From: Opitutia bacterium
Lineage (GTDB): Bacteria; Verrucomicrobiota; Verrucomicrobiia; Opitutales; T3Sed10-336
Reading direction: 5' to 3'
Length of the DNA stretch: 64,000 bases
Assembly (NCBI GenBank): GCA_050506795.1
Contig: JBJHCF010000004.1
Coordinates: 64,001-128,000 of the forward strand
Shown: positions 27,121 through 37,382 of the stretch, in pieces
How the letters are laid out: each line of letters opens with the position of its first letter
Numbering within the stretch: position 1 is the first letter of the stretch
The notes under the pieces: model-generated
The model's input: only the letters and a program-made list of their open reading frames with translations
Database searches by the model: none
Told to the model about the DNA's origin: nothing
Translations under genes and position numbers: made by a program

Positions 27121-28275
27121 ATGGGAAGCAAATCCAAGACGAAATGTATCGGCATTCTCACCTCCGGCGGTGACTGTCCCGGCCTCAACGCGGCAATTCG
27201 GGCGGTGGCCAAATCGGCCATGCACTATGGGATCCGGGTGCTGGGCATTCCCGACGGCTTCCGCGGTCTGGTGGAAAATCGTTTTCATCCCCTGGAGGAT
27301 TCGGATGTTTCGGGCATTCTGAACCGGGGAGGGACCATTCTCGGCACCAGCCGGGACAAACCCCATAAGATGCCCATGGGTGACAGAATCATGGATATGA
27401 CCAGCGTGGCAGTGGCGAATGCCCGCGGGAAGCAGATTGACTGTCTGGTCTGTCTGGGCGGCAACGGCACCCAAAAGAACGCCCGTCGCATTCGGGACGC
27501 CGGACTGAATGTCATTACCCTGCCCAAGACGATCGACAACGACGTGATTGGGACCGATGTGAGTTTTGGGTTCGATACCGCGATGAATACCGCGGCGGAA
27601 GCTATCGACCGACTGCACACCACGGCGACGAGTCATCACCGGGTGATTATATGCGAAATCATGGGGCACAAGGCGGGATGGCTCGCCCTGGGCGCCGGCA
27701 TTGCCGGTGGCGCTGATGTGATCCTTATCCCGGAGATACCCTACGATCGCGAGGTCGTGGCGGAACATCTGATGGAGCGGCGCAAGCACAGCAAGCGTTT
27801 CTCCATCATTGCGGTGGCGGAAGGCGCCCGTTCGATTAAAGAAGCCAGGGAAGGCAAGAAGGCCGAGCCGCCGGAACCGGAGGCGAGTAAAAACCCGAAA
27901 AAATCCTCGAAAAAGGCCGATTTGCTGCATGACGGCCCGCATTTGGTCCAGGAATCACTCGACAGCCGGATCGCACGTCAGTTGCAGCAACTCACGGGAC
28001 TGGAGGCGCGCACGACTTCGCTGGGCCACGTGCAGCGCGGCGGTTCGCCCTCCGCCTTCGACCGGCACCTGTGCACCTTGTTGGGCACGCGGGCCGGTGA
28101 GTTGCTGGCGGCGGGTCAATATAACGTGATGGTGGCCTTGCGCGGATCGGAAACCGTTCCAGTGCCGTTGGACGAGGTTTCCAGCGGTTGCCGAACCGTG
28201 CCGAACGATCATCCCTGGATCCACGCCGCGGAACTGGTGGAGACCTGTATGGGAAATCGTATCCGGCGCGACTGA
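27121..28275 (+). CDS. pfkA: 6-phosphofructokinase (group III type)
   Basis: TSGGDCPGLN, GGTILGTSR, GGNGT, PKTIDND, EIMG, LGHVQRGG. Confidence 0.95.
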   Translation: MGSKSKTKCIGILTSGGDCPGLNAAIRAVAKSAMHYGIRVLGIPDGFRGLVENRFHPLEDSDVSGILNRGGTILGTSRDKPHKMPMGDRIMDMTSVAVANARGKQIDCLVCLGGNGTQKNARRIRDAGLNVITLPKTIDNDVIGTDVSFGFDTAMNTAAEAIDRLHTTATSHHRVIICEIMGHKAGWLALGAGIAGGADVILIPEIPYDREVVAEHLMERRKHSKRFSIIAVAEGARSIKEAREGKKAEPPEPEASKNPKKSSKKADLLHDGPHLVQESLDSRIARQLQQLTGLEARTTSLGHVQRGGSPSAFDRHLCTLLGTRAGELLAAGQYNVMVALRGSETVPVPLDEVSSGCRTVPNDHPWIHAAELVETCMGNRIRRD

Positions 28276-28289
28276 GATTCGCCCCGGCG

Positions 28290-30917
28290 TTATTCCAGCA
28301 GGTTTTTCAGGTCTTCGATACTCAGTTTCGCGTTGGCGCTCTCGCTGGCGGCAAACAGATTGCGCAGCAGGTGCGACTTGGATCGTTGGAGTTCGAGAAC
28401 CTTTTCTTCGATCGTATCTGCGGCGATCAGTTTGATGCTGGTAACCACCCTGCTTTGGCCGATGCGGTGCGCCCGGTCCGTGGCCTGAGCCTCGACCGCG
28501 GGGTTCCACCAGGGATCGTAATGGATCACGGTGTCCGCGCCGGTGAGGTTGAGTCCGGTTCCGCCCGCTTTGAGCGAAATGAGGAAGACCGGAATGTCAG
28601 GACTGTTGTTGAAACGGTCGCATTCCTTGAGGCGGTCTTTGGTGGATCCGTCAAGATAGCAATAACTCAAACCCGCCTGGTCCAGTTCGGCGCGCAGCAG
28701 TTGAAGCAGCGATACGAATTGCGAGAAGACCAGCATGCGGTGGTCGCCGTCGATGGATTCCTGAACCAGTTCGAGGAAAGAATCCTTCTTTGCCGAATCG
28801 AGAGCCTGTTCGGGCGCCGGCTCCTTCCCCTTGTACAGCAGTCTCGGGTCGCAGCAGAACTGGCGCAGGCGCAGCAACTGGGTGAAAGCCGCCATACGCA
28901 GTTTCCCCTCGGAGGCTCCGGCCATTTCCAGCTCGAAGATCGCCTTCTGGGTATTCTCCTTCAGTTCCTGGTACTGTTGCCGCTGGATCGGGCCCATTTC
29001 GCAGTAGATGACCTGCTCGATCTTTTCGGGCAGTTCCGGAGCGACGATCTGTTTGGTTCGGCGCAGGATATAGGGCGCCGCCTTTTGCTGGATACGGGTA
29101 TCGTACCACTCGCGCTCCTCCGCCTTGGCATTGGCGGGCGGTTTGTGCAGGTAACCGGGAAGGATGAAATCAAAGAGAGCCACCAGGTCGTCCAGACTGT
29201 TCTCCAGCGGCGTACCGGTGAGCAGGAAATGTCCCCGGCTGTAAAGTGAACAAATCGATCGGAAATTTCGCGTTTGCGGATTTTTGATGTGCTGCGCCTC
29301 GTCCGCGACGATACAGTCGAACACCAGACTTTGAAACAGGTCCGCGTCGCGAATAAGCGTGGTGTAAGAGGTGATCACCAGGTCGTATTGCTCGAATTCC
29401 TCCACCGAAGTCAGCCGGTCGTTCCCGTGGTGCAGGAAGAACTTGAACATCGGCACGAACCTTTGGGTTTCCCGTTTCCAGTTGGTCAACAGACCCGCGG
29501 GGCAGACAACCAGGAAGGGAGAGGAGATGATGCGTTGGTGGCGTCCACGCGAATTCTTCTTGCGGCTCTTCTGCTTGAATTTACGTCGCCGGATCTGCCA
29601 TTTGCGAATCGCCGCCAGGAGGGCCAGGGCCTGTATGGTTTTCCCGAGACCCATCTCGTCGGCCAGGATTCCGCCGATCTTGTTGCGATAGAGGTGATAC
29701 ATCCATCCCACGCCCAATCGCTGGTACGCGCGCAGCGCTTCATCCAGATCGCGGGGAATGGGTGGGCGTTCCAGCCGGGAGAGGTCGCGAATCGCCACGC
29801 TGCGCTTCTTCCAGCTTCCGGGGGTCTGATGGTGGTCGGCGATGGTTTCCATCAGGTACTCGGTGTCGGGCATATCCCGAATCTCGATACGGTGCTGGGT
29901 GCGCGGCACCAGAGCCTGATTGTGATTGCCGGCGAGAGAGCGCTGAAGGTGCTCCAGACCCTGGAGCTTGCGGTCCGAAATGAGGAATACCCGCGTGGGT
30001 GTTTCCACGTAGTTTTTGCCGGAATTGATATTGTTTTGGATCTCGCGAAACTTGAATTTGCCGGCCTTGAGGGAGGTTTGAACCACGAAATGCCCGTCCT
30101 CCTCGCGGGCGATGCAGGTGATTTTCGCGTCTGTGATCCTCTCGGTGTTTTTCTTGAAGTTTTCGGTGAAGTTGGCCTGGAACTTATTCTCCAACGCGCT
30201 CCAATGCTCCGCGAGGAAGTTCAGCACCTTGTGCCGGTCGCGCATCCACCACTTGCGGGAGGAGGGATCAAGCAGAAACTCGTTGCTGCGCAGCAGGGCC
30301 AGCGCGTCAGCGTACAGCGGGTGGTCGCGTGAAGGCAGGCTAATGGCCAGGAAATTGCCGGAGCCGTCCACTTCCATGGGAGTGAAACCGGCATTGATGT
30401 CCGGCACCGGCTCCACCGGGGCCGAGGGTTGGTCCCCGGCTGCGGGAGGATCTTCCGCCTCCCAAATGTCCTCTTCGTCCTCGTCCTCTTCGTCCTCGTC
30501 GGATTCCAGATATTCGCTGATGCCGTCGAGCCGGGATCCGTCCCAGTCGAGCGGCGTATCCCGGCTGAGACCCAGGAAAAACACCGGTTCGTCCCTCAGT
30601 ACGTCGATCAACTTCTTGAGCTGGCTTCGCCGAAGTTTGGATTTTTCCGGCAACTGGTTTTCATTCCAGGTCTCCAGGAGGCGCCCGGCGATGGCGTGCG
30701 GCGGCGCCAGGTTATACGGACGACTCCGGTCGAGTTCTTCCGGACTGCAGATGGAACCGTCGGCGAATTCGACCTCCAACTTTAGCGGAATCGCATTGCG
30801 CCTGGCTGCCGAGGCGGGCTTGGCGGGGAGGTGAATCAGGAATCTGATCGGCACCCCTTGCGTTTCCGAAAGGGAAAGAGAGTTCAGTGTAGGAGTTAGC
30901 TCGGTGGCTTGCGGCAT
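28290..30917 (-). CDS. SNF2-family helicase/ATPase
   Basis: LADEMGLGKT, DEAQHIKN, TGTPLEN, FSQF, SLKAGGTGLNL, QATDRAHRIGQ. Confidence 0.95.
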   Translation of the reverse strand: MPQATELTPTLNSLSLSETQGVPIRFLIHLPAKPASAARRNAIPLKLEVEFADGSICSPEELDRSRPYNLAPPHAIAGRLLETWNENQLPEKSKLRRSQLKKLIDVLRDEPVFFLGLSRDTPLDWDGSRLDGISEYLESDEDEEDEDEEDIWEAEDPPAAGDQPSAPVEPVPDINAGFTPMEVDGSGNFLAISLPSRDHPLYADALALLRSNEFLLDPSSRKWWMRDRHKVLNFLAEHWSALENKFQANFTENFKKNTERITDAKITCIAREEDGHFVVQTSLKAGKFKFREIQNNINSGKNYVETPTRVFLISDRKLQGLEHLQRSLAGNHNQALVPRTQHRIEIRDMPDTEYLMETIADHHQTPGSWKKRSVAIRDLSRLERPPIPRDLDEALRAYQRLGVGWMYHLYRNKIGGILADEMGLGKTIQALALLAAIRKWQIRRRKFKQKSRKKNSRGRHQRIISSPFLVVCPAGLLTNWKRETQRFVPMFKFFLHHGNDRLTSVEEFEQYDLVITSYTTLIRDADLFQSLVFDCIVADEAQHIKNPQTRNFRSICSLYSRGHFLLTGTPLENSLDDLVALFDFILPGYLHKPPANAKAEEREWYDTRIQQKAAPYILRRTKQIVAPELPEKIEQVIYCEMGPIQRQQYQELKENTQKAIFELEMAGASEGKLRMAAFTQLLRLRQFCCDPRLLYKGKEPAPEQALDSAKKDSFLELVQESIDGDHRMLVFSQFVSLLQLLRAELDQAGLSYCYLDGSTKDRLKECDRFNNSPDIPVFLISLKAGGTGLNLTGADTVIHYDPWWNPAVEAQATDRAHRIGQSRVVTSIKLIAADTIEEKVLELQRSKSHLLRNLFAASESANAKLSIEDLKNLLE

Positions 30918-31305
30918 TTGTTTTGAATTTCCCCATGGGAAAGGATGGGAATTAATGTCCCGATCCTATAATGGGCGAATCATTTACACGGAAAAACCGT
31001 CTTCCGAATAGGAGCTTCATTGGTTCGAAGCGCTGTTCGGATATGTTTGCGATCTCATGAAATAGCAGAAATTAATGTGTTGAAAAGAAGAAAATCAAAT
31101 GACTTCGCAACGATGCGCCTATATGGTTTGAGCGTTTCACTGGCAACAGGTTGAATGCATCATCAAGCAGCATCGGCCTTCGTGTTGCGCGGGAAGCAAA
31201 GGGAAATGTGAGCTGTGAGCAGTCACAAAACCGGGAACGGGTCGTTTTGTGCCGGGAATTGATTTGAGATTTGTCCCCGAGACACGTTTGTCTAGATGTT
31301 GAGGT

Positions 31306-33414
31306 ATGACAGAATATCCGTTTTTGCAAGAGACTTTCTTAATTTCCTGGTCGAGCCTAACTCCGGATCGGGTGAAGCCGGACATCGAAAAGGCGCTGCG
31401 GGAAGCGCGCGCGCAGCTGGATGAAGTCGCCGGGCAATCCGGCGATGAATTGACTTTCGAGAGCACCTTGCTGGCGTTGGACAAGGCCACGGAGCGCCTG
31501 AGCGAGGCATGGGGAAGAGTGTCGCATCTCAATTCCGTCTGCGACAGCCCTCCACTGCGTCAGGCCTATAATGAAATGTTGCCGCGGGTTTCGGAGTTTT
31601 TTGCCGGGATTCCGTTGGATGAAAAGTTGTGGAGGGTGATCCGGCAATTCGCGGAAACCGCGGCGGCCGATTCCCTGACCGGGGTCCGGAGACGTTTTCT
31701 GGACGAGACTCTTGCCGACTTTCGCCAGGCAGGCGCCGACCTGTCCCATGAGGGGAAAAAACGCATGGAAGCGATCGAGAGCGAGCTCTCCGCGCTGACA
31801 CAAAAATACTCAGAGAATGTGCTCGACGCCACCAATGCCTGGGAACTGGTGATCGACGACGAGGCGCGCCTGGCCGGCTTGCCCGCCAACGCAAAAGAAG
31901 CCGCCCGGCATAACGCCCTGACCAAGGGATACGGAAGCGAGGACGAGCCTCGTTGGCGGTTTACCCTGCACATGCCTTCCTACGAACCGTTCATGACCTA
32001 TCTCGACGACGCCGGATTGCGGCGTCAGATGTGGGAGGCGGCCGTGGCGGTGGGCGCCGGTGAGCCTTACGACAATACCGGGCTGATCGATCGAATACTC
32101 GCCTTGCGGCAGGAAAAAGCCCAATTGCTCGGAAAGGACAGTTTTGCCTCGCTCGTGCTGGAACGGCGCATGGCCAGGAGCAGCGAACGGGCACTGGGGT
32201 TTGTTGAAGACCTGCACCGCCGGTCCCGCGAAATGTTTGCGGACGAAAATCGCGAGTTGGAGGATTTTCACGGCGGGCACGCGCATGAGGCCAGCCTGCC
32301 TTTGGAGCCCTGGGACCTGCTTTACTGGTCGGAGAAACAACGGCGGGCGACTTTTGATTTCGATGAGGAGGATTTGAGGCCCTATTTTCCGATCGACCGG
32401 GTTATTCGCGGTTTGTTCGCCATCGCCGAACGGATTTTCGATATCGCTATCGTGGAGCGCGAGGACACTGTGTTTCACGAGCCGGACGCCGGGAATGAGG
32501 CGCCGGCCGACGCGGTCGAAGTCTGGCACCCCGAAGTTCGTTTTTACGAGCTGAGGGACCGGAGCAACCGCCATCTGGGGTCCTTTTATGCCGACTGGCA
32601 CCCGCGTGAATCCAAACGGGGAGGCGCCTGGTTCAACCCGCTGGCCACCGGCGGGCCGACTCCGAGTGGCGAGCGGCTGCCGCACCTCGGCGTAATCTGC
32701 GGAAATCTCACGCCGTCGGTGGCGGGAAAGCCGGCCTTGCTCACCCATCGAGAGGTGGAGACGATTTTCCATGAGTTTGGACACCTGCTTCACCACCTGT
32801 TCGGTGAAGTGGAAATCAAGTCGCTCAACGGGGTCAACGTGCCCTGGGACTTCGTGGAACTCCCTTCGCAAATCATGGAGAATTGGTGTTGGGACCGTGA
32901 AAGCCTCGACTTTTTCGCGCGGCATCACGAAACCGGCGTTCCCATTCCCGACGACCTTTTTGAGAAAATGTCGGCGGCCCGAAACTACCGTTCGGCCAAC
33001 GCCACCATGCGACAGTTGAGCTTTGCCCGACTCGATCTGGAATTGCACGCGCGCTATTCGCGGTATGCGGACAAGGATCTTGATTCAGCCCTCAAGGAGG
33101 TGCTGACCGATTATCTGCCGCCCACCCGAACGCCGATGCCCACTATCATCCGCCGGTTCGGCCACTTGTTTTCCAGTCCGACAGGATACGCGGCGGGATA
33201 TTATTCCTACAAGTGGTCTGAGGTCCTCGATGCGGACGCCTTCACCCGTTTTCAGACGGAAGGCGTGCTAAATCCCAAAGTGGGCAGGGAATTCGCCGAG
33301 AAGATTCTGTGTAAGGGAAATTCTGAAGATCCGTTGAAACTTTATGTCGATTTTATGGGCCGGGAGCCGGACTTGCTGGCATTGTTGAAACGTGCCGGGT
33401 TACTTAAGGAATGA
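31306..33414 (+). CDS. prlC: Oligopeptidase A (M3)
   Basis: KRGGAW, FHEFGHLLH, DFVELPSQIMENW, YAAGYYSYKWSEVL. Confidence 0.93.
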   Translation: MTEYPFLQETFLISWSSLTPDRVKPDIEKALREARAQLDEVAGQSGDELTFESTLLALDKATERLSEAWGRVSHLNSVCDSPPLRQAYNEMLPRVSEFFAGIPLDEKLWRVIRQFAETAAADSLTGVRRRFLDETLADFRQAGADLSHEGKKRMEAIESELSALTQKYSENVLDATNAWELVIDDEARLAGLPANAKEAARHNALTKGYGSEDEPRWRFTLHMPSYEPFMTYLDDAGLRRQMWEAAVAVGAGEPYDNTGLIDRILALRQEKAQLLGKDSFASLVLERRMARSSERALGFVEDLHRRSREMFADENRELEDFHGGHAHEASLPLEPWDLLYWSEKQRRATFDFDEEDLRPYFPIDRVIRGLFAIAERIFDIAIVEREDTVFHEPDAGNEAPADAVEVWHPEVRFYELRDRSNRHLGSFYADWHPRESKRGGAWFNPLATGGPTPSGERLPHLGVICGNLTPSVAGKPALLTHREVETIFHEFGHLLHHLFGEVEIKSLNGVNVPWDFVELPSQIMENWCWDRESLDFFARHHETGVPIPDDLFEKMSAARNYRSANATMRQLSFARLDLELHARYSRYADKDLDSALKEVLTDYLPPTRTPMPTIIRRFGHLFSSPTGYAAGYYSYKWSEVLDADAFTRFQTEGVLNPKVGREFAEKILCKGNSEDPLKLYVDFMGREPDLLALLKRAGLLKE

Positions 33415-33533
33415 GAGGAGCAAGGACCGCGGCTGAGCCGATTGGATGGGTGGCAGAATCCTGGCCATCCACTTGTCATTGGCCAGGCCGTGGATAGGTT
33501 GCCGCTCTTTTGCCGTGCCGCGGAGCTGTGTTC

Positions 33534-36500
33534 ATGAAAAAACTTATCTACATTGGGGCCGGTTCCCTCCTGATTTTTGTCCTGATTATTCTGTTGCTCC
33601 CGCTCTGGTTGCCCTGGGTCGTCAAGCCGGTGGGGGCACGATTCGGCTTGGAATATGCGGAATACGAAAGGATCGGATATGGGAGATTTGCCCTGCACGA
33701 TGTCGACTTCGAGCATGAGGTCGTTTCCTTTTCCGGCGAACGGTTGGAAGGGTACCTGCCGTTGACCTGGATTATCCGCGCCCTGCTGCGGGATACGGAA
33801 AACGATTTCGTCTCACTGGAAAGCTGGCGTCTGGTAGTCGAACCGCCGGAGAAGGTGGAGGTCGAAGAGCCGGCGGAAGTCTATGCCTACAGGATTTTCG
33901 AGCTGGTGGAGGGCATTCTGCCGCACGTGGTTCGCTGGGCGCCCGGAGCTTCCGCCCGCGAAGGTGTGGTGGCGGTGGAGGATCTCGAGATCTCGGTGGA
34001 GGAAGTCGTCTGGGATGCGGGGCGTGTGCACGGGCGGGCGGGCATGCATTTTCTGGATGAGTTTTTTGAGGTGGTGCTGCGCGGGGATGTCAGCGAGCCC
34101 GGGCGCGTGGAGGTCGACGTTGAACTGCATCCCTGGGAAATCGTTCTGGTGGCGAACGCCGCCCGCTCCGAGGAGGATCTGACGTTCGACGCCAATGTTA
34201 CCTGGCGCGACAATGAAGCGGGCTTGTCGGCGCGATTTGGGCCGGAAGATGTATTGCCGGCGGAGGCACTCCTGTGGTCCGAGGCGTTGACCGTTCCGTC
34301 GGAGTTGGTGGGAATGGATGAATATGAAGCATTGGTGGCGACCATCCGGGCCGAGTGGCGCGAGGCGGCTTACGAAGTCGGAATCCGAGCCGAGGCCGTA
34401 CCCCGTGATCCGGCATCTCCCTATTCCCGAGTGGAGGCGGATATCCGGGCGGAGGGCGACCTGGATTCGGTCCGCCTGGAGTCGTTTAGCCTGCACACCC
34501 CCTTTCTGCGAGCTGAGCTGAGTGAACCCCTCGAGGTCGACTATCGGGGGCGGTTACTGGGAGAGGGGTCCGTTTTTCAGGTCGAGGGAGACCTTGCCGA
34601 GCAGGGTTTTTTCGAGGCTTCCGGCACCCTCGCCGCGCAATTGACCGTGGCGCCCGGGGCCGCCGATTGGCCCGATGTCGATTTTGTCCTGAACGCGGAG
34701 GCCCTGTCGGCGTTTGCTGTATCGGGTGAATCGTTATCGGTGGAAGGTCGGCTTTTTTGGCCGGAAGCCGTCACTGAGGGTCCTCCCTGGCCGCATGCGA
34801 ATTACAGCATTGTCGTGGGGCGAATCGAAGCCTTTGACCGCGTCGTGGAGGAAGCCACAGCCCAAGGGCGCTTCACCCCGCCGATGGCTGAATTGACTGC
34901 GCTGACCGCGTCCCTGGCGGACGGAACCTCGCTGGAAGGGTTTGTCGATTTCGATGTTGTGGATTTTCGAGTCGGCCGGGGAGAGGTGGTTCTTGATTTG
35001 CGGGAAGACGTGGTGCGGGAGTTTCTTCCGGATGGCGTCGGATTCAGTCAGGCACGGCTCGGGGCCAGGGTTTCCGGCCCCATCCAGACTCTTCGGCATG
35101 AGGTCGAATTTGCGCTCGATTCGCTGCGGGCTCCGGAGATCAAACCGGGTGATCTCACTTTTTCCTGGCGAGGAGAATTTCTGGACTTCGACGAATGGCT
35201 CCTCGAGTGGCGTAATATTGACGACGCGAGCATACAGGCGGGCGGGGTCTTCAGTGGGGCATTGGATCGGGCCGAGCTGGACCTGGGGCGTCTGGTTTTT
35301 GCCCTCGGCGAGGAGACTTTGTTGAATCTGGAGGCGCCCGTGCGATTGGAGGTCATCGAGAGTGAAACGCCGGTCGATCCCAACCTGGAGTCGGCCTTGC
35401 AGGAGTGGCGGGTCGTCCTGAGTGACCTCGTCCTGGAGGGCGGGGAGGAGAGGCTGACCTTGAACGGTCTGCTGGATTGGCCCCGCCAGGGAAGGCTGGA
35501 GGTCGGAGTCGAAGGATTCGGGCCAAGCCTCTTCGGGCATTATTTGAGCCGGGATCTGCCTGATTTTCACCTTGAATATTTGGGACTGGAGTCCTTTTGG
35601 AGCGATGGGGGAGCGTTGCATTTCGATCTGGAGACCCGGCTCAACGGGGAGATACCGGGTGAGGAACGCCTTCGTCTGGAGACCGCGCTTTCAGGAGACG
35701 ATTCGGGAGTTCGTGTTAATCGTCTCGAACTTTCCGGTGATGAAGGGAGTGTGTTGACCGCTTCCGGTCATCTTCCGCTGATTCTGTTTCCCGGGCGACC
35801 GGACGAGTTGTGGATCATCGACTACGAGAAGGAGATTCTGCTCGCGGCCGCGTCGGATCCGGACGCCACGCTTTGGGAACGGCTCGACGAGATGACCGGC
35901 GTCAGGCTGGATACGCCGAGGCTGAGTGCGGATTTGGAGGGAACGCTCCTGCGGCCGCGAGGAGTCGTCGCTTTTAGCGCGGACGGTCTGGAGTATGCCG
36001 GTCTGGCGGATCAAAGGTTGCCCCAACTGAGCGAGATCGATGTCAGGGCGGTCTTTGATGTGAACGAAGCACGTTTGGAAACCTTCCGGTTCCTGGTGGA
36101 GGGTCAGGAAGTTCGCGCCGAGGCGGTTTGCCCCCTAGGTGGTGAAACCTGGGGGGCCCTGGTGCGCGAGGGACAGGTCCCGGACTGGACGCAGATCGAG
36201 GCCTCACTGTTGATCGATCGGGCCGAGTTGGCTCCGTTCGCGCAGTTCTTTCCGGCATTGCTCAGCCCACAGGGCACACTGAGCGTGGATCTGAGGTTGA
36301 GAGGCGATCGTTTTGAATCGGGTGAAGTGATTCTGGAAGGCGCGGCCACCCGCCCAATAATGCCGGTGGGGTCGATGCAGGATATGCGGGCGCTCATACG
36401 CTTCGAGGATCGCACCGCGATTCTGGAAGAGTTTTCCGGCAGGCTTGGAGGTGAGCGGGTTCGGGTTGCGGGCCGTCTTTCTCTGCCGGAGAGTCTGGAA

Positions 36501-37382
36501 CCCGACTTCGAGCTGACGGTCCGCGGAAACAACCTGCCACTGACTCGCCAGCCCGGACTGGTCATTCGGGGTGACGTTGATCTGGCGATTCGCGGCAACG
36601 CGGAGGAAACGGCATCAATATCGGGTAATATCAACATGCGCGAGAGTCTGGTGATCACCGAACTGCGCGCCATGGCCCCGGTTTCCGTCGCCACTCCCGA
36701 ACGAAGGCCCCCGTTTTTTAGCGTCGATCAGGAGCCCTTCTCCGCCTGGGTGCTCGATATCGATATCGAGGGGGACCGCTTCCTTTCGGTGCGGGCTCCG
36801 GGGTTTCGTGGTCGCTTGTCGGCGAATTTCAATGTCCGCGGGACGCTGCTCGAGCCCCAGGCTATCGGTGAGGTGCAGATCAATTCCGGCGGAGTCCGAT
36901 TCCCGTTCGCGACCATGCGTATCAACCAGGGGACAGTGTCATTGAGCCAGGACAATCCCTATCAGCCTCAATTGTTCATCACCGCTTCGACACGCCTTTT
37001 TGGATACGATCTCCATATGGAACTCAGCGGAACGGCGGATGATCCGTCCCTGGAATTCAGCTCGCATCCTCCGCTGAGTTCGGAAGCGATCCTTTTGATG
37101 ATTACCGCGGGCGAACTTCCCCGCGATGAGCTGCAATTCACCGGTCAACAAAAAGCCACCAAGCTTGCCCTTTATATCGCCCAGAACCTGTTCCTGGAGT
37201 TCGGCGGTGATGATGACGCCGCGGAGCGACTCACCATTCGATCGGGCGAGAATATATCCGAGCAGGGCAGAGAGACCTTTTATCTGGAGTACATGTTCTG
37301 GCCCCGGGTCGGTTTGGTGGGTGAATACGACCGGTTCGATGCGTTCAATGCCGGAATCAAGTGGAGGTTTTTCAGTCGATGA
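33534..37382 (+). CDS. tamB: TamB-like translocation/assembly module protein
   Basis: N-terminal anchor, long amphipathic beta repeats, C-terminal DUF490-like LSGTADDPSLEFSSHPPLS; coupled to an Omp85 gene. Confidence 0.8.
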   Translation: MKKLIYIGAGSLLIFVLIILLLPLWLPWVVKPVGARFGLEYAEYERIGYGRFALHDVDFEHEVVSFSGERLEGYLPLTWIIRALLRDTENDFVSLESWRLVVEPPEKVEVEEPAEVYAYRIFELVEGILPHVVRWAPGASAREGVVAVEDLEISVEEVVWDAGRVHGRAGMHFLDEFFEVVLRGDVSEPGRVEVDVELHPWEIVLVANAARSEEDLTFDANVTWRDNEAGLSARFGPEDVLPAEALLWSEALTVPSELVGMDEYEALVATIRAEWREAAYEVGIRAEAVPRDPASPYSRVEADIRAEGDLDSVRLESFSLHTPFLRAELSEPLEVDYRGRLLGEGSVFQVEGDLAEQGFFEASGTLAAQLTVAPGAADWPDVDFVLNAEALSAFAVSGESLSVEGRLFWPEAVTEGPPWPHANYSIVVGRIEAFDRVVEEATAQGRFTPPMAELTALTASLADGTSLEGFVDFDVVDFRVGRGEVVLDLREDVVREFLPDGVGFSQARLGARVSGPIQTLRHEVEFALDSLRAPEIKPGDLTFSWRGEFLDFDEWLLEWRNIDDASIQAGGVFSGALDRAELDLGRLVFALGEETLLNLEAPVRLEVIESETPVDPNLESALQEWRVVLSDLVLEGGEERLTLNGLLDWPRQGRLEVGVEGFGPSLFGHYLSRDLPDFHLEYLGLESFWSDGGALHFDLETRLNGEIPGEERLRLETALSGDDSGVRVNRLELSGDEGSVLTASGHLPLILFPGRPDELWIIDYEKEILLAAASDPDATLWERLDEMTGVRLDTPRLSADLEGTLLRPRGVVAFSADGLEYAGLADQRLPQLSEIDVRAVFDVNEARLETFRFLVEGQEVRAEAVCPLGGETWGALVREGQVPDWTQIEASLLIDRAELAPFAQFFPALLSPQGTLSVDLRLRGDRFESGEVILEGAATRPIMPVGSMQDMRALIRFEDRTAILEEFSGRLGGERVRVAGRLSLPESLEPDFELTVRGNNLPLTRQPGLVIRGDVDLAIRGNAEETASISGNINMRESLVITELRAMAPVSVATPERRPPFFSVDQEPFSAWVLDIDIEGDRFLSVRAPGFRGRLSANFNVRGTLLEPQAIGEVQINSGGVRFPFATMRINQGTVSLSQDNPYQPQLFITASTRLFGYDLHMELSGTADDPSLEFSSHPPLSSEAILLMITAGELPRDELQFTGQQKATKLALYIAQNLFLEFGGDDDAAERLTIRSGENISEQGRETFYLEYMFWPRVGLVGEYDRFDAFNAGIKWRFFSR

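Noticed and set aside
28290..30917. SNF2 as part of a defence system (DISARM/Zorya/BREX)
   Set aside because: Stand-alone among housekeeping genes with no partner genes.
30918..31305. AT-rich spacer as sRNA, small gene or sigma54 promoter (TGGCAACAGGTTGAA at 31141)
   Set aside because: No GC at the -12 position with correct spacing, no clear fold or ORF; most simply a divergent promoter region.
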